Below are positions 9,560-19,434 of a stretch of DNA of 64,000 nucleotides, one piece after another (within the stretch, counting starts at the first letter, position 1; every line of letters starts with the position of its first letter). The stretch is taken from NCBI GenBank assembly GCA_965198235.1, contig OZ240248.1:672001-736000 (forward strand). Direction: 5' to 3'. The position numbers and the translations under genes are program-made. Source of the stretch: Candidatus Poribacteria bacterium. GTDB lineage: Bacteria > Poribacteria > WGA-4E > WGA-3G. The notes under the pieces are model-generated. The model was not told where the DNA came from. It searched no databases and saw only the letters and a program-made list of their open reading frames with translations.

Positions 9560-10570
9560 GTGAAAATGTATGATGATTCAGGGAAAATACCTTCCCTCCA
9601 AAGGATCCGGTGGAAGTGGGCAATGGTTGTGCTGTATCAAAAACTCTTCTCGTGGCTATGGGCGAAAGGTATTGTTTTTACCGTCCTATTACTACCAATA
9701 TTTTCGGCATCGGCAACTTGGGAGTCAGTAGAGAGCCCACACTTCCGAGTCTACTATCAGAAAGGAACAGTAGATCCAGCGTCAATCCTTCAGATTGCGG
9801 AGGACTTCTATGCCGAAATGCCGCAGTTGACAAGTCGTATCCCGGCGGGAATGATTGACATCTGGGTGTGTGACACACAAAAAGAGTTTCAGACTTCCGT
9901 TCATGCTCCGATTCAGGATTGGGCGGTTGGGTGTGCCTTTCCGTTGAGTAGACGTATCGTCATCCAAAACCCGAAACATATTGTCCTTGCGAAACTGCAG
10001 TTAGCACAAGTCTTGCGTCACGAAATTGCACATGTCCTCTTTGGACAGTGCACGCGTAAAGCCGTTAGAGAAATCCCACTATGGTTCGTAGAAGGCATCG
10101 CAATTTATTTTGCTGATGAATGGGTGCCGAGCCGCCACAAAACATTGCTAAAACATATTTTCTCAAAATCTATCCTGCCGCTTCAGGAACTGGAGCGGCG
10201 TTTTCCGCGTTCGCAAGGCGGTGCGGATTTGGCGTATGCTGAAAGTCAGGATGCACTCCGTTGGTTAGTCGAAGTCAAAGGTAGAGATGTGCTGTTTTCG
10301 CTGATTGCGGAACTCCACGCTGGCAGCAATTTCAATACTGCTTTTGAAACTGCGGTTGGATGGGATATTGCCACCTATGATATCCATTGGCGCGAATCGT
10401 TGACGGAACGTTATCAATGGGCATCCCTCTTTTCTAATTCTTACGTCTTGTGGGGAGGCTTCGGTGGACTTGCCCTTATTGGTTATCTCGTCTGCTGGAA
10501 TCGTAGACGACGGCACTTGAATAAACTCGCGCAACAAGAAGACACTGTTGACGCATTCTTCAAAATTTAA
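9560..10570 (+). CDS. Peptidase MA-like (gluzincin) membrane-anchored metallopeptidase
   Basis: HEIAH plus PLWFVEGIA; LAYAES; C-terminal TM helix. Exact start uncertain. Confidence 0.8.
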   Translation: MKMYDDSGKIPSLQRIRWKWAMVVLYQKLFSWLWAKGIVFTVLLLPIFSASATWESVESPHFRVYYQKGTVDPASILQIAEDFYAEMPQLTSRIPAGMIDIWVCDTQKEFQTSVHAPIQDWAVGCAFPLSRRIVIQNPKHIVLAKLQLAQVLRHEIAHVLFGQCTRKAVREIPLWFVEGIAIYFADEWVPSRHKTLLKHIFSKSILPLQELERRFPRSQGGADLAYAESQDALRWLVEVKGRDVLFSLIAELHAGSNFNTAFETAVGWDIATYDIHWRESLTERYQWASLFSNSYVLWGGFGGLALIGYLVCWNRRRRHLNKLAQQEDTVDAFFKI

Positions 10571-10576
10571 AAACCC

Positions 10577-11575
10577 ATGAACGCCTATCTCCTCTACATT
10601 GCCCTCTGCTTTATCTGTTTCGCTTCCGCTGCGATCGCCCAATCCAAACAACTCGCGCAGTATTCCAATCAACTGACGCGCGATGGGCACATCGTTGTTC
10701 TACCCGACCACGGCACCGTCTACATTGTTTCCGATCTGCATGCACATTGGGACGATTTTAACCAATGGTTACAACTCACAAAACTGGTTGAACGAATTCA
10801 AGCGGACGAAGATGTTTACGGATTGATACTTGGTGATGCAGTTGATTATAAGCCTGATGAACCGAGACACCCGCCTTACGGGGACACACTCATCGTCGAT
10901 CGGGTTATGGAACTCCAAAGACAACTTGGTGATAAGGGTGAAAGGATCATCTATCTCCGAGGAAATCACGAATTCGCCGCTGCAGATGCCTATGCAATGC
11001 TCAAAAGGCAAGGGATGACGGCACAGAACCGGAGGCACTTTATTCGCGCTTTATATGAAAGTCCTCTCGGTGCCTATTATGAGCAGTTCAATTTTATTGA
11101 AAGAATGACGGACACACATTATGAATTTCTGACGAATCTCCCGACGGTGGCCGTTGGAAAAAACGGCTTCGTCGGTATTCATGCGGGTCCCGCGCGTTTT
11201 GTCACCAGCCTCGCCGATCTGGTCAATCCGAACCCCAAAACCCTTGAGGAACTCCTTTGGCATCGTCCAGAGATCGCTTACAGCGGTGGATACACCTTAA
11301 CACATATTAAAAATTTCCTTGAAGCCATCCATGGGAATATCCTTATCGTTGGACATACCCCGATTCATTATTTTCCAAGGCAAAATGTCAGAGATGGTAT
11401 AGCGACGTTCGGTGAAAGCCAACTCATTTTTTCGACAGGCTACAGTGGTCGACCTGGAATTCCTTCGTATATTGAAATTGACTTGGCAGAGACGTATCCG
11501 TCTGTAAATGTGATGAAGTTAGGTACAAATATCCATCACCTCTATAGCGGAACTCGAAAGCCAAAATCCGACTAA
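10577..11575 (+). CDS. Exported calcineurin-like metallophosphoesterase
   Basis: Signal peptide; SDLH, GDAVD, RGNHE, HAG and GHT motifs. Confidence 0.85.
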   Translation: MNAYLLYIALCFICFASAAIAQSKQLAQYSNQLTRDGHIVVLPDHGTVYIVSDLHAHWDDFNQWLQLTKLVERIQADEDVYGLILGDAVDYKPDEPRHPPYGDTLIVDRVMELQRQLGDKGERIIYLRGNHEFAAADAYAMLKRQGMTAQNRRHFIRALYESPLGAYYEQFNFIERMTDTHYEFLTNLPTVAVGKNGFVGIHAGPARFVTSLADLVNPNPKTLEELLWHRPEIAYSGGYTLTHIKNFLEAIHGNILIVGHTPIHYFPRQNVRDGIATFGESQLIFSTGYSGRPGIPSYIEIDLAETYPSVNVMKLGTNIHHLYSGTRKPKSD

Positions 11576-11606
11576 AGGGACATTTTCGTCAGAAAGACAC
11601 TCACCC

Positions 11607-12503
11607 ATGCGACCACTCGCTTACATCATGACCCCGGTGTTGATTCTTACCATTATCCTCGCTTCTCGTTTCGTAACATGGGATGCAATAAAGGGGGAAA
11701 AACCACAGGCGCAAGCAGACGTACAGGAGGGGACAGTATCATTGAGGACATGGAAGATTCCACACGCAATAACGGCGTTTACGCGTGCTATTGAGACTGA
11801 ACCCAAATACGCTGAAGCTTACGTGAAACGTGGACTTGCCTATTACCGTGCGGGGCAGTACAAAGCAGCTATCGCGGATTACACCCGAACGTTAGACCTG
11901 AATCGGTATCACGCCGATGCGTACGCAAGTCGTGGCGATGCTTATCGAGCGTTAGGGGACATGCAACACGCTATTGCGGATTACTCAGCCTCGTTGGAAA
12001 AAAGGTGGAACGCCCACGTTATACGAAGGCGCGCACAAACCTATTTTGAACAGGGCGACGTTCAGAATGCGTTCGCCGACTACAGTACTGTAATTAAGCG
12101 GCAACCGAGTGCCGTGGCTTACTACGCACGTGGTAACGCCTACCTACGGCTTTCCACCGAAAGTGACGAAAACCGTTTAAGACTCGCTTTGGTAGATCTG
12201 AATCAGGCTATTGGTTTGGAACAGCGTTTTGCCGGTGCTTATATCAATCGCGCTCAGGTTCACGCACGTTTGGGAGAACAGGTATCGGCAAACTCTGATT
12301 ACACAGACGCTGTAGAACTCTTCACTGAAACAATTCAAACATGGCAAGGTGAACCGAACGCGCTTACACAGGTTTACCTCTGGCGTGCCTTCGCTTACCA
12401 AAAATTGGGCGAAATTGGTAAAGCAGAAACAGATGTCCATGAAATGTATAAACGCGTTTTTAGTTTTTTCTTGAAAAAAGCAAGAAATTGTGATATACTA
12501 TAA
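11607..12503 (+). CDS. Tetratricopeptide repeat protein
   Basis: Repeated AYxxRG...AIADY TPR units; N-terminal membrane anchor. Confidence 0.9.
   Translation: MRPLAYIMTPVLILTIILASRFVTWDAIKGEKPQAQADVQEGTVSLRTWKIPHAITAFTRAIETEPKYAEAYVKRGLAYYRAGQYKAAIADYTRTLDLNRYHADAYASRGDAYRALGDMQHAIADYSASLEKRWNAHVIRRRAQTYFEQGDVQNAFADYSTVIKRQPSAVAYYARGNAYLRLSTESDENRLRLALVDLNQAIGLEQRFAGAYINRAQVHARLGEQVSANSDYTDAVELFTETIQTWQGEPNALTQVYLWRAFAYQKLGEIGKAETDVHEMYKRVFSFFLKKARNCDIL
12471..12499 (+). promoter_or_regulatory. Sigma70-like promoter of the BMC locus
   Basis: TTGAAA-N17-TATACT with an extended TG. Confidence 0.55.
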
Positions 12504-12650
12504 GAGTGGGGTTTCAGCATTTCGCTTGATTTTCCCCTTTTTTTACGCGTGGATTCGCGATCAGGAAATTGCTTCTACTGTACGACTCACAAGTTAAAAA
12601 CTTGATTTTATTCCTGAATTAATTTTCAATAGGAGGCTCTTAGAATTAAT

Positions 12651-12926
12651 ATGACCGGAGAAGCATTGGGTTTAGTTGAAACGAGAGGCTTAGTTGGGAG
12701 CATTGAAGCTGCCGATGCTATGGTGAAAGCGGCAAATGTTCATCTCATTGGTTATCAGCAAATTGGTGCTGGCTACGTGACTGTCATGGTTCGTGGCGAT
12801 GTTGGTGCCGTGAAAGCTGCAACGGATGTTGGTGCCGAGGCTGCGGCGCGTGTCGGTGAAGTTGTTTCGGTTCATGTGATTCCGCGACCACACGCTGAAG
12901 TCGAAACTATGTTGCCAAAATCTTAA
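12651..12926 (+). CDS. Bacterial microcompartment hexamer shell protein (EutM/PduA type)
   Basis: [26 protein letters not shown]...GDVGAVKAA...HVIPRPH. Confidence 0.97.
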   Translation: MTGEALGLVETRGLVGSIEAADAMVKAANVHLIGYQQIGAGYVTVMVRGDVGAVKAATDVGAEAAARVGEVVSVHVIPRPHAEVETMLPKS

Positions 12927-13005
12927 ATTAGGTAGTCCGCGGATTCATTGGACGTTCCTTGTTCCATGACGTTCAGTATATCCTAACCAAGAAGGCAGAA
13001 CATAG

Positions 13006-13719
13006 ATGCCAGACCGTGCCCTTGTTGAGTTGATTACCCGGCGTGTTGTTAATAGACTGACAACAGACCAGGCATGTAGCGGTTGTGCTTTGCGGACTTG
13101 TGATGCAGGAAACCGCGCTTGCGATGCTGTCGCACAGCAGCAGCAGATTCCGGTTGGGGTTTCAGCACGACATGCCCATGTAACGCAGAAGCACCTTGAA
13201 ATTTTATACGGTGCCGGACATCAACTTACTGTCTACGCCCCACTCTATCAACCCGGAGCATTCGCCGCAAATGAGACGTTAACTATCGTTGGGAAACGGA
13301 TGCGCGCTATTGAAGCGGTTCGTATCCTTGGTCCCGTGCGAGATTATTCCCAAGTCGAAGTCGCTCAAACGGAAGCAATCCGGCTTGGATTAAACCCGCC
13401 CATTCGAGACTCAGGTGACCTTGTCGGTGCGGACCCTATTACCCTCGTAGGTCCCGCCGGAAGCATTTATTTGCATGAAGGGGCAATCTGTGCGACGCGA
13501 CACATCCACATGACCCCCGGAGATGCTAACGCACTCGGTATTCGCGAGGACGACCTTTTAAAAGTGCACTTCCGTGGCGAGCGTGCTTTAACCCTTGAAA
13601 ACGTCCGTCCCAAAATTTCTGAAGATTATGTGCTTCAGATGCACTTAGATACCGACGATGCCAATGCGGCAGGTTTACAAGGCGGCGAACCCGTTGAAAT
13701 CGTACGTGATGCAGGTTGA
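13006..13719 (+). CDS. pduL: Phosphate propanoyltransferase PduL
   Basis: GVSARHAH, LYQPG.FAA, RILGPVR, RHIHMTP and MHLDTDDANAA motifs; N-terminal amphipathic helix. Confidence 0.92.
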   Translation: MPDRALVELITRRVVNRLTTDQACSGCALRTCDAGNRACDAVAQQQQIPVGVSARHAHVTQKHLEILYGAGHQLTVYAPLYQPGAFAANETLTIVGKRMRAIEAVRILGPVRDYSQVEVAQTEAIRLGLNPPIRDSGDLVGADPITLVGPAGSIYLHEGAICATRHIHMTPGDANALGIREDDLLKVHFRGERALTLENVRPKISEDYVLQMHLDTDDANAAGLQGGEPVEIVRDAG

Positions 13720-13751
13720 GACGTACAGGTTTCTTAATATTTTGAGGCAGT

Positions 13752-14498
13752 ATGAATCAGGAGCTGATTGACCAGATTAGGAGAATCGTGGAGAGGGTAC
13801 TGCAAGAGCAAACGCCGATTTCCACGCAAATTACACACGAAAAACGACTACTCGCTATTTTTGGTGCAACACAACTTGAGTTAGATGAACCAATCCAGCA
13901 GCTTCACACTTGCAGACAAAATGGATGGAAAATTACAATAATTCTGTCCGATCTCGCAAATAAAGTTACAAACCTCGAACCGATTCAGGTCGCATTTGGC
14001 GAAGAGAACGTTTTGCAGGAGAATGCCCTAAGCAATATAGCAACTTTTGTGGAGACTTATCAGCAAATTGTGCTCCCTGTCTTCTCATATCCGATGGCTG
14101 CGAAGCTCGCGTTAAGGTTGGTGGACACGCCGTGTACCTATCTGGTGTTTGAAGCACTCTCTAAGGGAAAGAAAGTTATAGCAGTCTCTGACGCACTTAA
14201 TCAGAGTGAAGTTTCCGTAAAAATGGGTCCTATTTTCAGTAAACTTGAAAACGATTATGTAAACGCTTTGTCTGAACTTGGCGTTCAATTGGTACCAATG
14301 ACCCAAATCGCCGAGTCGATCGTACAGAGAGCAAGTGGTTCGCGTGCTTTTGTGGAAGAAACTTTAATTAGCGCAACGACTATTTCAAATCTGGATGCGG
14401 ATGTGCGAGAATTAGTTCATGCAAATCCAGCGACTATTACGCCACTCGCCCGTGAGCACGCGAAAAAAAGAGGTATTGAACTGATACCTAAAAACTAA
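13752..14498 (+). CDS. BMC-associated flavoprotein-like protein
   Basis: AAKLAL..DT..FEALSKGKKVIA flavoprotein-like segment, C-terminal ITPLARE.AK.RGI motif, and an encapsulation-peptide-like N-terminus. Confidence 0.6.
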   Translation: MNQELIDQIRRIVERVLQEQTPISTQITHEKRLLAIFGATQLELDEPIQQLHTCRQNGWKITIILSDLANKVTNLEPIQVAFGEENVLQENALSNIATFVETYQQIVLPVFSYPMAAKLALRLVDTPCTYLVFEALSKGKKVIAVSDALNQSEVSVKMGPIFSKLENDYVNALSELGVQLVPMTQIAESIVQRASGSRAFVEETLISATTISNLDADVRELVHANPATITPLAREHAKKRGIELIPKN

Positions 14499-14606
14499 GA
14501 ATTGGTAAAACCATTCAGTTTTACCAATACATTAAGAAGCCCGTTCGTTCTTAAAGGGTGAGCCGTGATTAGGGTGTCTGAACTATTGAATGGCGTTGAT
14601 TAATCC

Positions 14607-14635
14607 TTGACAATTCTTAAAAAAAATTGTATCAT
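14607..14635 (+). promoter_or_regulatory. Sigma70-like promoter
   Basis: TTGACA-N17-TATCAT. Confidence 0.55.
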
Positions 14636-14753
14636 TTCTATGGCAATTTGATTAAGATAATTTACCTTTGATACTCACGCGTCACCGCGCTCGGTGAGTA
14701 GAAGCCTATTGACAATGCCAAATGAAGGACATGAACATAGGAGGAGGATTCTC

Positions 14754-16367
14754 ATGAAGACCCGAATTTCTATTTTAAGTGCAGCATGCCTCATCAGTTG
14801 TTTTGCAATTGCTGGGTTGTTAACCCCTGCTGCTGCGGATTATGATTATTACGCCGACCGATTGAGTCGAGAGCATCGCGTTGCAAATGATGTCGATGAA
14901 TGGATAGAACGTGGGAATGCGACAATTACCGCCAGTCCGCGTTTTGAAGATGGTGTTCGGCTCACCGCTTGGGCAAATGCTGCCGAGGACGCAAATAACT
15001 ACGAATTCGCGATTGCCAGCGCGGTATATCTCTTTGAAATTCCAACGGGGACACAGTACATTGAAGTTTTGGTGAGGTATCGAGGGGAACCCCATCGCCT
15101 GGAGATTGAAGACTACGAAGAACCTATCGCGGGACGTGTTTGGATTCGTAATACCCAGCGCGAGGCGACTCGTCGCGGTTACCATGACGAGAATGCTAAG
15201 GAGACACGCTACGGTGACACCTTTGTCCTGCGAGCAAAAAATCGCTCTGAGCGAATTAAAATTCCTGCAGTGGGCCATGTCAAAGATGGATGGATGGAAC
15301 TTCATATCGTTGCAGAGGGTGGCGAACAGATTGACGTGGAACATCTTGAGGTATCTACTTATCAGAGGCAACCGAAGGTTAAAGTGATTCAACGGTATAC
15401 ACCGGCTTATCGTTGGCATCCATGGCACCGTTACACCTATCTCTACTTTTACGATGGTCCTATCTATTACGCAACGGACTACGACCACTATCTCCGATGG
15501 AGTTATCCGATCTACGATCACCACCATCTCTCGATCCGTTCGTATTATGGAGGGTATCTTGGACGTTACCGTCGGTATTACTCAGGTGCGTACTACCGCG
15601 GTTATTCGCCGTATTATGGTTCTTACCAAGGTCACTACCGCGGCACACCGAAGGTCTATCAGCGGCGAACACGTTTGAATCGGTGGAGTGCACAGCATGA
15701 AACAGCGCGCCGGCAGTACAGCCGTAGCCGATTGTCTGCGAACAGTCGTCAAGGAGAACGGACAGCGGTTAGGAGAAACATCCGCACCACGCTTGAAAAC
15801 CACCGAAGGCAGACACCGGCAACAACGGAACGGGTTGCGCGCCAGTCAATTATTTTGGAGAAACAGCGCTCGCTTGCCTCCGCATCAACACTCCGGCAGA
15901 ATAGTGTAAGACGGAGCACATACTCTGGAAATGCGCTAAGCAAGCAGCGGCGTTACTCGGGTTCGACGGCACAGAATCTGAGTAGTTATAGAAGTTCCGT
16001 AGAGAGACAGCGAACTACGCCACTTTATAGACGTTCGACCCCTTCTTCAAACCGGTCATTCTCGTCCAGTACAAGTAATAACTCACGTTCAAAGTATAGG
16101 AGCTCGACGTCAAGTTCAAGTTCGACGCGCTCGCGCTCAAGCATAAACCGTTCAACTGAGAGGTCTCGCATAAGTCGTTCGAGTTCGACATCAAGTAAAA
16201 GCTCGACGCGCTCGCGTTCAAGCATAAGCCGTTCCTCTTCTACAAAGTCTCGGACGCGCCCGACAACATCAAGTTCGAGTTCATCGCGTAGCAGTTCGAG
16301 CAGTAGCAAGGATGATGACGATAAGAATCGGAGTCGGACAACGGAACGGACGAAACGAAGACGTTAA
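14754..16367 (+). CDS. Secreted hypothetical protein with a Tyr-rich middle and a long Ser/Arg low-complexity tail
   Basis: AGGAGG SD before ATG 14754; signal peptide ending AAA; strongly biased composition. Confidence 0.75.
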   Translation: MKTRISILSAACLISCFAIAGLLTPAAADYDYYADRLSREHRVANDVDEWIERGNATITASPRFEDGVRLTAWANAAEDANNYEFAIASAVYLFEIPTGTQYIEVLVRYRGEPHRLEIEDYEEPIAGRVWIRNTQREATRRGYHDENAKETRYGDTFVLRAKNRSERIKIPAVGHVKDGWMELHIVAEGGEQIDVEHLEVSTYQRQPKVKVIQRYTPAYRWHPWHRYTYLYFYDGPIYYATDYDHYLRWSYPIYDHHHLSIRSYYGGYLGRYRRYYSGAYYRGYSPYYGSYQGHYRGTPKVYQRRTRLNRWSAQHETARRQYSRSRLSANSRQGERTAVRRNIRTTLENHRRQTPATTERVARQSIILEKQRSLASASTLRQNSVRRSTYSGNALSKQRRYSGSTAQNLSSYRSSVERQRTTPLYRRSTPSSNRSFSSSTSNNSRSKYRSSTSSSSSTRSRSSINRSTERSRISRSSSTSSKSSTRSRSSISRSSSTKSRTRPTTSSSSSSRSSSSSSKDDDDKNRSRTTERTKRRR

Positions 16368-16393
16368 TACGTTTATTAGGAGTAGTATAGGCT

Positions 16394-16999
16394 TTGCGCC
16401 CTTCTTGGATGCGCAAAGCCTTTATATTCATTCAGATGCGATTTTTGTTAATTATATCACTACTGTTGTTGAACCTCCACGCCAGTTTTGCGCAGGAGGC
16501 TAAAAATGGTGCAGATACTGAGCAGCAAGCACCCGAAGTGACAGAAGAAGACCTGCTCGTCTCGCCGATTGGGGCTATGATACGCTCTGCGGTTTTCCCG
16601 GGATGGGGGCAATTTTATAGCCGGGGTTATATCCGCGGCAGTCTTACTATTTTGGGAATAGGGGGTTCTGTTGTCGGTGCCGTGTTGGCACAGCAATCTT
16701 TTATGAATCGTTACAATGCCTACGCGACGTACGCAAGTTTGTATCCCAACGACGATCAAGGTGTGTTAGAGCAGTACGAATTCGCGAATCAGCGCTACAA
16801 ACTCAGGACGTTTTTTATGTATACTGGTATCGGTATTTGGGTTTATAGCCTTATCGATTCTTATGTTGGTGCAAATTTCTACAATGCTACTACATTAATT
16901 CAGTCTATTGAGCAGGATGCACAGGATATTGAAAAATTGGGGATTGAAGTCGGGGCAACCCCATCACGTCTTTATTTAGGTATTGTTAAAACCTTTTAA
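16394..16999 (+). CDS. DUF5683-like membrane or exported protein
   Basis: SPIGAMIRSAVFPGWGQFY...W.YSLIDSYVGA. The true start is probably a later Met. Confidence 0.7.
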   Translation: MRPSWMRKAFIFIQMRFLLIISLLLLNLHASFAQEAKNGADTEQQAPEVTEEDLLVSPIGAMIRSAVFPGWGQFYSRGYIRGSLTILGIGGSVVGAVLAQQSFMNRYNAYATYASLYPNDDQGVLEQYEFANQRYKLRTFFMYTGIGIWVYSLIDSYVGANFYNATTLIQSIEQDAQDIEKLGIEVGATPSRLYLGIVKTF

Positions 17000-17018
17000 A
17001 ATAAGGAGGGTACTTACT

Positions 17019-17579
17019 ATGTTCAGGGCTTTTGCAAAAGTCACCGGCGTACTCATCTTACTCATAGGTTTTATGGGGTGTGGGGATGCCGAAAAGGTCG
17101 GTCAGGTTCCACCTGAAGAACTCCTTCAAATCAATAAAACCTTAGACCGATGGCGGCAAGGTTATGAGACGGAAGATGTCAACTCTTATATCGGCACTTT
17201 TTGGGAAGACGGTTTCCTGTATGTTTCTGATATGGGAACAGACGGAGACAAAACGGACGATCTGGAGTTTGATGACATCCGACAGGAACGGGACGCTGCC
17301 ACTCGCGTCTTTGAGCGTTTTCAGGATATTGAGATAGAACTCTCTGTCCCACCAGAGATTTCTATGAATGAGGATGGTAATCAGGCGGAAGTACGGAATC
17401 ACTATAGAATCCAACTTTTCATATCCGATGGACATTCGCTGGAGGGTGGATTTAGTGGTGTATACGCTGAAGGTGACAACCTCTTTATCTTTGAAAAAAG
17501 AAACAATGAATGGCGTATAGCCGAATGGCATGACGAAGCCTTTAACGCAGAAGAAATTCGTATTGCCAACAATTTATAG
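17019..17579 (+). CDS. Lipoprotein with an NTF2/SnoaL-like fold
   Basis: AAGGAGG SD; lipobox FMGC; W..GYETED...FEKRNNEWRI pattern. Confidence 0.65.
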   Translation: MFRAFAKVTGVLILLIGFMGCGDAEKVGQVPPEELLQINKTLDRWRQGYETEDVNSYIGTFWEDGFLYVSDMGTDGDKTDDLEFDDIRQERDAATRVFERFQDIEIELSVPPEISMNEDGNQAEVRNHYRIQLFISDGHSLEGGFSGVYAEGDNLFIFEKRNNEWRIAEWHDEAFNAEEIRIANNL

Positions 17580-17638
17580 GTTTAAGAAAAGGAGGGGCAA
17601 TTTCCAGTCCAAGAATTGGGCCGGAATACCGCACGTTC

Positions 17639-19063
17639 ATGCCGCAACAGGAGGAACATCTCCGCGATTATCTTCAACTCATCCGAAAGCATGATTTTAC
17701 ACTCTGCCTGAGTGTCTTGCTGGTGTTAGGAACTGCTTTGGTTATCTCACTCCGCTTGCCTAAAACGTATGCTGCCTCCACTTTAATGTTACTCGTCCAA
17801 CCTAATACAACGTCTGCCTTGCCTTCAACGAACCTGTTTCAAAGCGTCCTCTCTGGCGGTGTTGACCGACGGGAAATGGAGACAATCAGTGCTCGATTTT
17901 CCACAGAATCAATGCTAAAAATGGCAATCGAAAACCTCGAAGAGAGTGGTAACGTTGAGGCAGTTTCTCTCCTTCCACCGGTAGGTAAACTCAAACGAAT
18001 GCTGAAGGCTCAGCTGAATCCAGACTCCGATTATATTAATCTTTCGATTGCTTTGACCGAGGCGGAGGGAGGGGAACGCAACGCGGCTCTTCTTGTTAAC
18101 CAGCTTGCACAAGATATGAAAACACTGAGGCGTGGAGATGAAGAGACAAAACTCAAAAAGCGGATGGAGTTTCTCGAAAATAAACGACGAGAAATTCAAA
18201 CCGAAATAGAAAAAGATTTTGATGCCCTCCTCCTATATGTTCGCCAGAATGGTAGCCCAGAAACATGGGTGCCGACTTTTACTAATTTACTTCAACGTCA
18301 TACCAGTGTTCGGGAAAGTCTTAAAACCAATCAACAGCAGCTCTATGCGACACGTGTCCACATTGCATATCTACAGGAACAACTAAAACTCTTACCAGAG
18401 CAGACGAAGATATCAGAAACTACATCCTACGACCCCGTTTGGCTTTTTCAGCAAGAGAAACTCTTCAACCTTGAATCGCAACGTGCTGCAGATGCGGAAA
18501 AGGTCGGTAAAACTGCATCAGAGTTGAAGGGACTCGACGCACAAATTGCTGAAATCCGCGAAAAAAACGCCCAAACCTCCCCTACGGCTACTACCGTTAC
18601 TTTCGGCACCCCTGCACATTATACCTATATAAAGAATCAGCTGCTGGCATTTATTCCGAGTCTCTCGCGTTATGAAAACGCTGCAGAACGCCTTAAGCAG
18701 GAACTTAGCACATTGGAAACTGAATTGGCGCAAATGCTGGAACAGATCCCAGAAAACCAGATAATTCTCACGCAGATGGGAGCCAAGATTCAGAAAACTA
18801 ATGAACTTGCTGAAGAGATTGCGAAACGGTCGCTTGAAGCTGAAATATTATATGCTGAATCCAAGTTAAATACCGTGCGCAACCAGATGGGTGGTATTGA
18901 AATCATCGACCGCGCCACACCAAGAAAAATTCCCGTTAGTCCTCAACTCAGGTTTATCTTGGTCATCGCGGGAATCGCAGGTCTATCCTTGGGTGTTACG
19001 ACTGCTTTGTTTATCGAATATTTCAACAAAAGTCCTGAGAGTCTAAAAAACTCGATGTCTTAA
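17639..19063 (+). CDS. Wzz/GumC-like polysaccharide chain-length determinant (no kinase domain)
   Basis: HLRDYLQLIRK, TM helix, PKTYAAST, coiled coil, IIDRA.P..PVSP, second TM helix. Confidence 0.8.
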   Translation: MPQQEEHLRDYLQLIRKHDFTLCLSVLLVLGTALVISLRLPKTYAASTLMLLVQPNTTSALPSTNLFQSVLSGGVDRREMETISARFSTESMLKMAIENLEESGNVEAVSLLPPVGKLKRMLKAQLNPDSDYINLSIALTEAEGGERNAALLVNQLAQDMKTLRRGDEETKLKKRMEFLENKRREIQTEIEKDFDALLLYVRQNGSPETWVPTFTNLLQRHTSVRESLKTNQQQLYATRVHIAYLQEQLKLLPEQTKISETTSYDPVWLFQQEKLFNLESQRAADAEKVGKTASELKGLDAQIAEIREKNAQTSPTATTVTFGTPAHYTYIKNQLLAFIPSLSRYENAAERLKQELSTLETELAQMLEQIPENQIILTQMGAKIQKTNELAEEIAKRSLEAEILYAESKLNTVRNQMGGIEIIDRATPRKIPVSPQLRFILVIAGIAGLSLGVTTALFIEYFNKSPESLKNSMS

Positions 19064-19164
19064 TTTTGAAGTTTTATAGCCCAATTTCGGGTTCAGGAGC
19101 CTTATATTGATGGCTGTATGAAAAAAAAATGTCAATTTTCCTTAAAATGTAGTATAATTATAGT

Positions 19165-19434
19165 ACGCCCAATGTGCAGTGTTGCCTGACTTGTTCGCTG
19201 CCATTGTGAGGATACTCACAAATTTACACCAGGACCCATCAATATTTTTTACTTGGGTCCTTAGGACAATACAACTTTATTTTCTATTGTCTTCGGGTGT
19301 CTTCAGGAAGACAGTAGTTGTCAAAATGATCCTCATATTAGGGACGCACCTATCCTGCACAGGATTTTGTGGGATAATTACTTGGGTGCACGCGAGAGCA
19401 ATTTGTAGATCGCGACTTATCCTTAAAGTGGGCG
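19165..19434 (+). ncRNA. Candidate structured non-coding RNA (unassigned)
   Basis: TATAAT at 19153-19158; 5' CGCCCA pairs with 3' TGGGCG; several nested hairpins inside (see findings). Confidence 0.45.

Noticed and set aside
14820-15527. Long antisense ORFs (also 24390-25010, 39238-39900, 46281-46904)
   Set aside because: They are shadow frames opposite well-supported genes.
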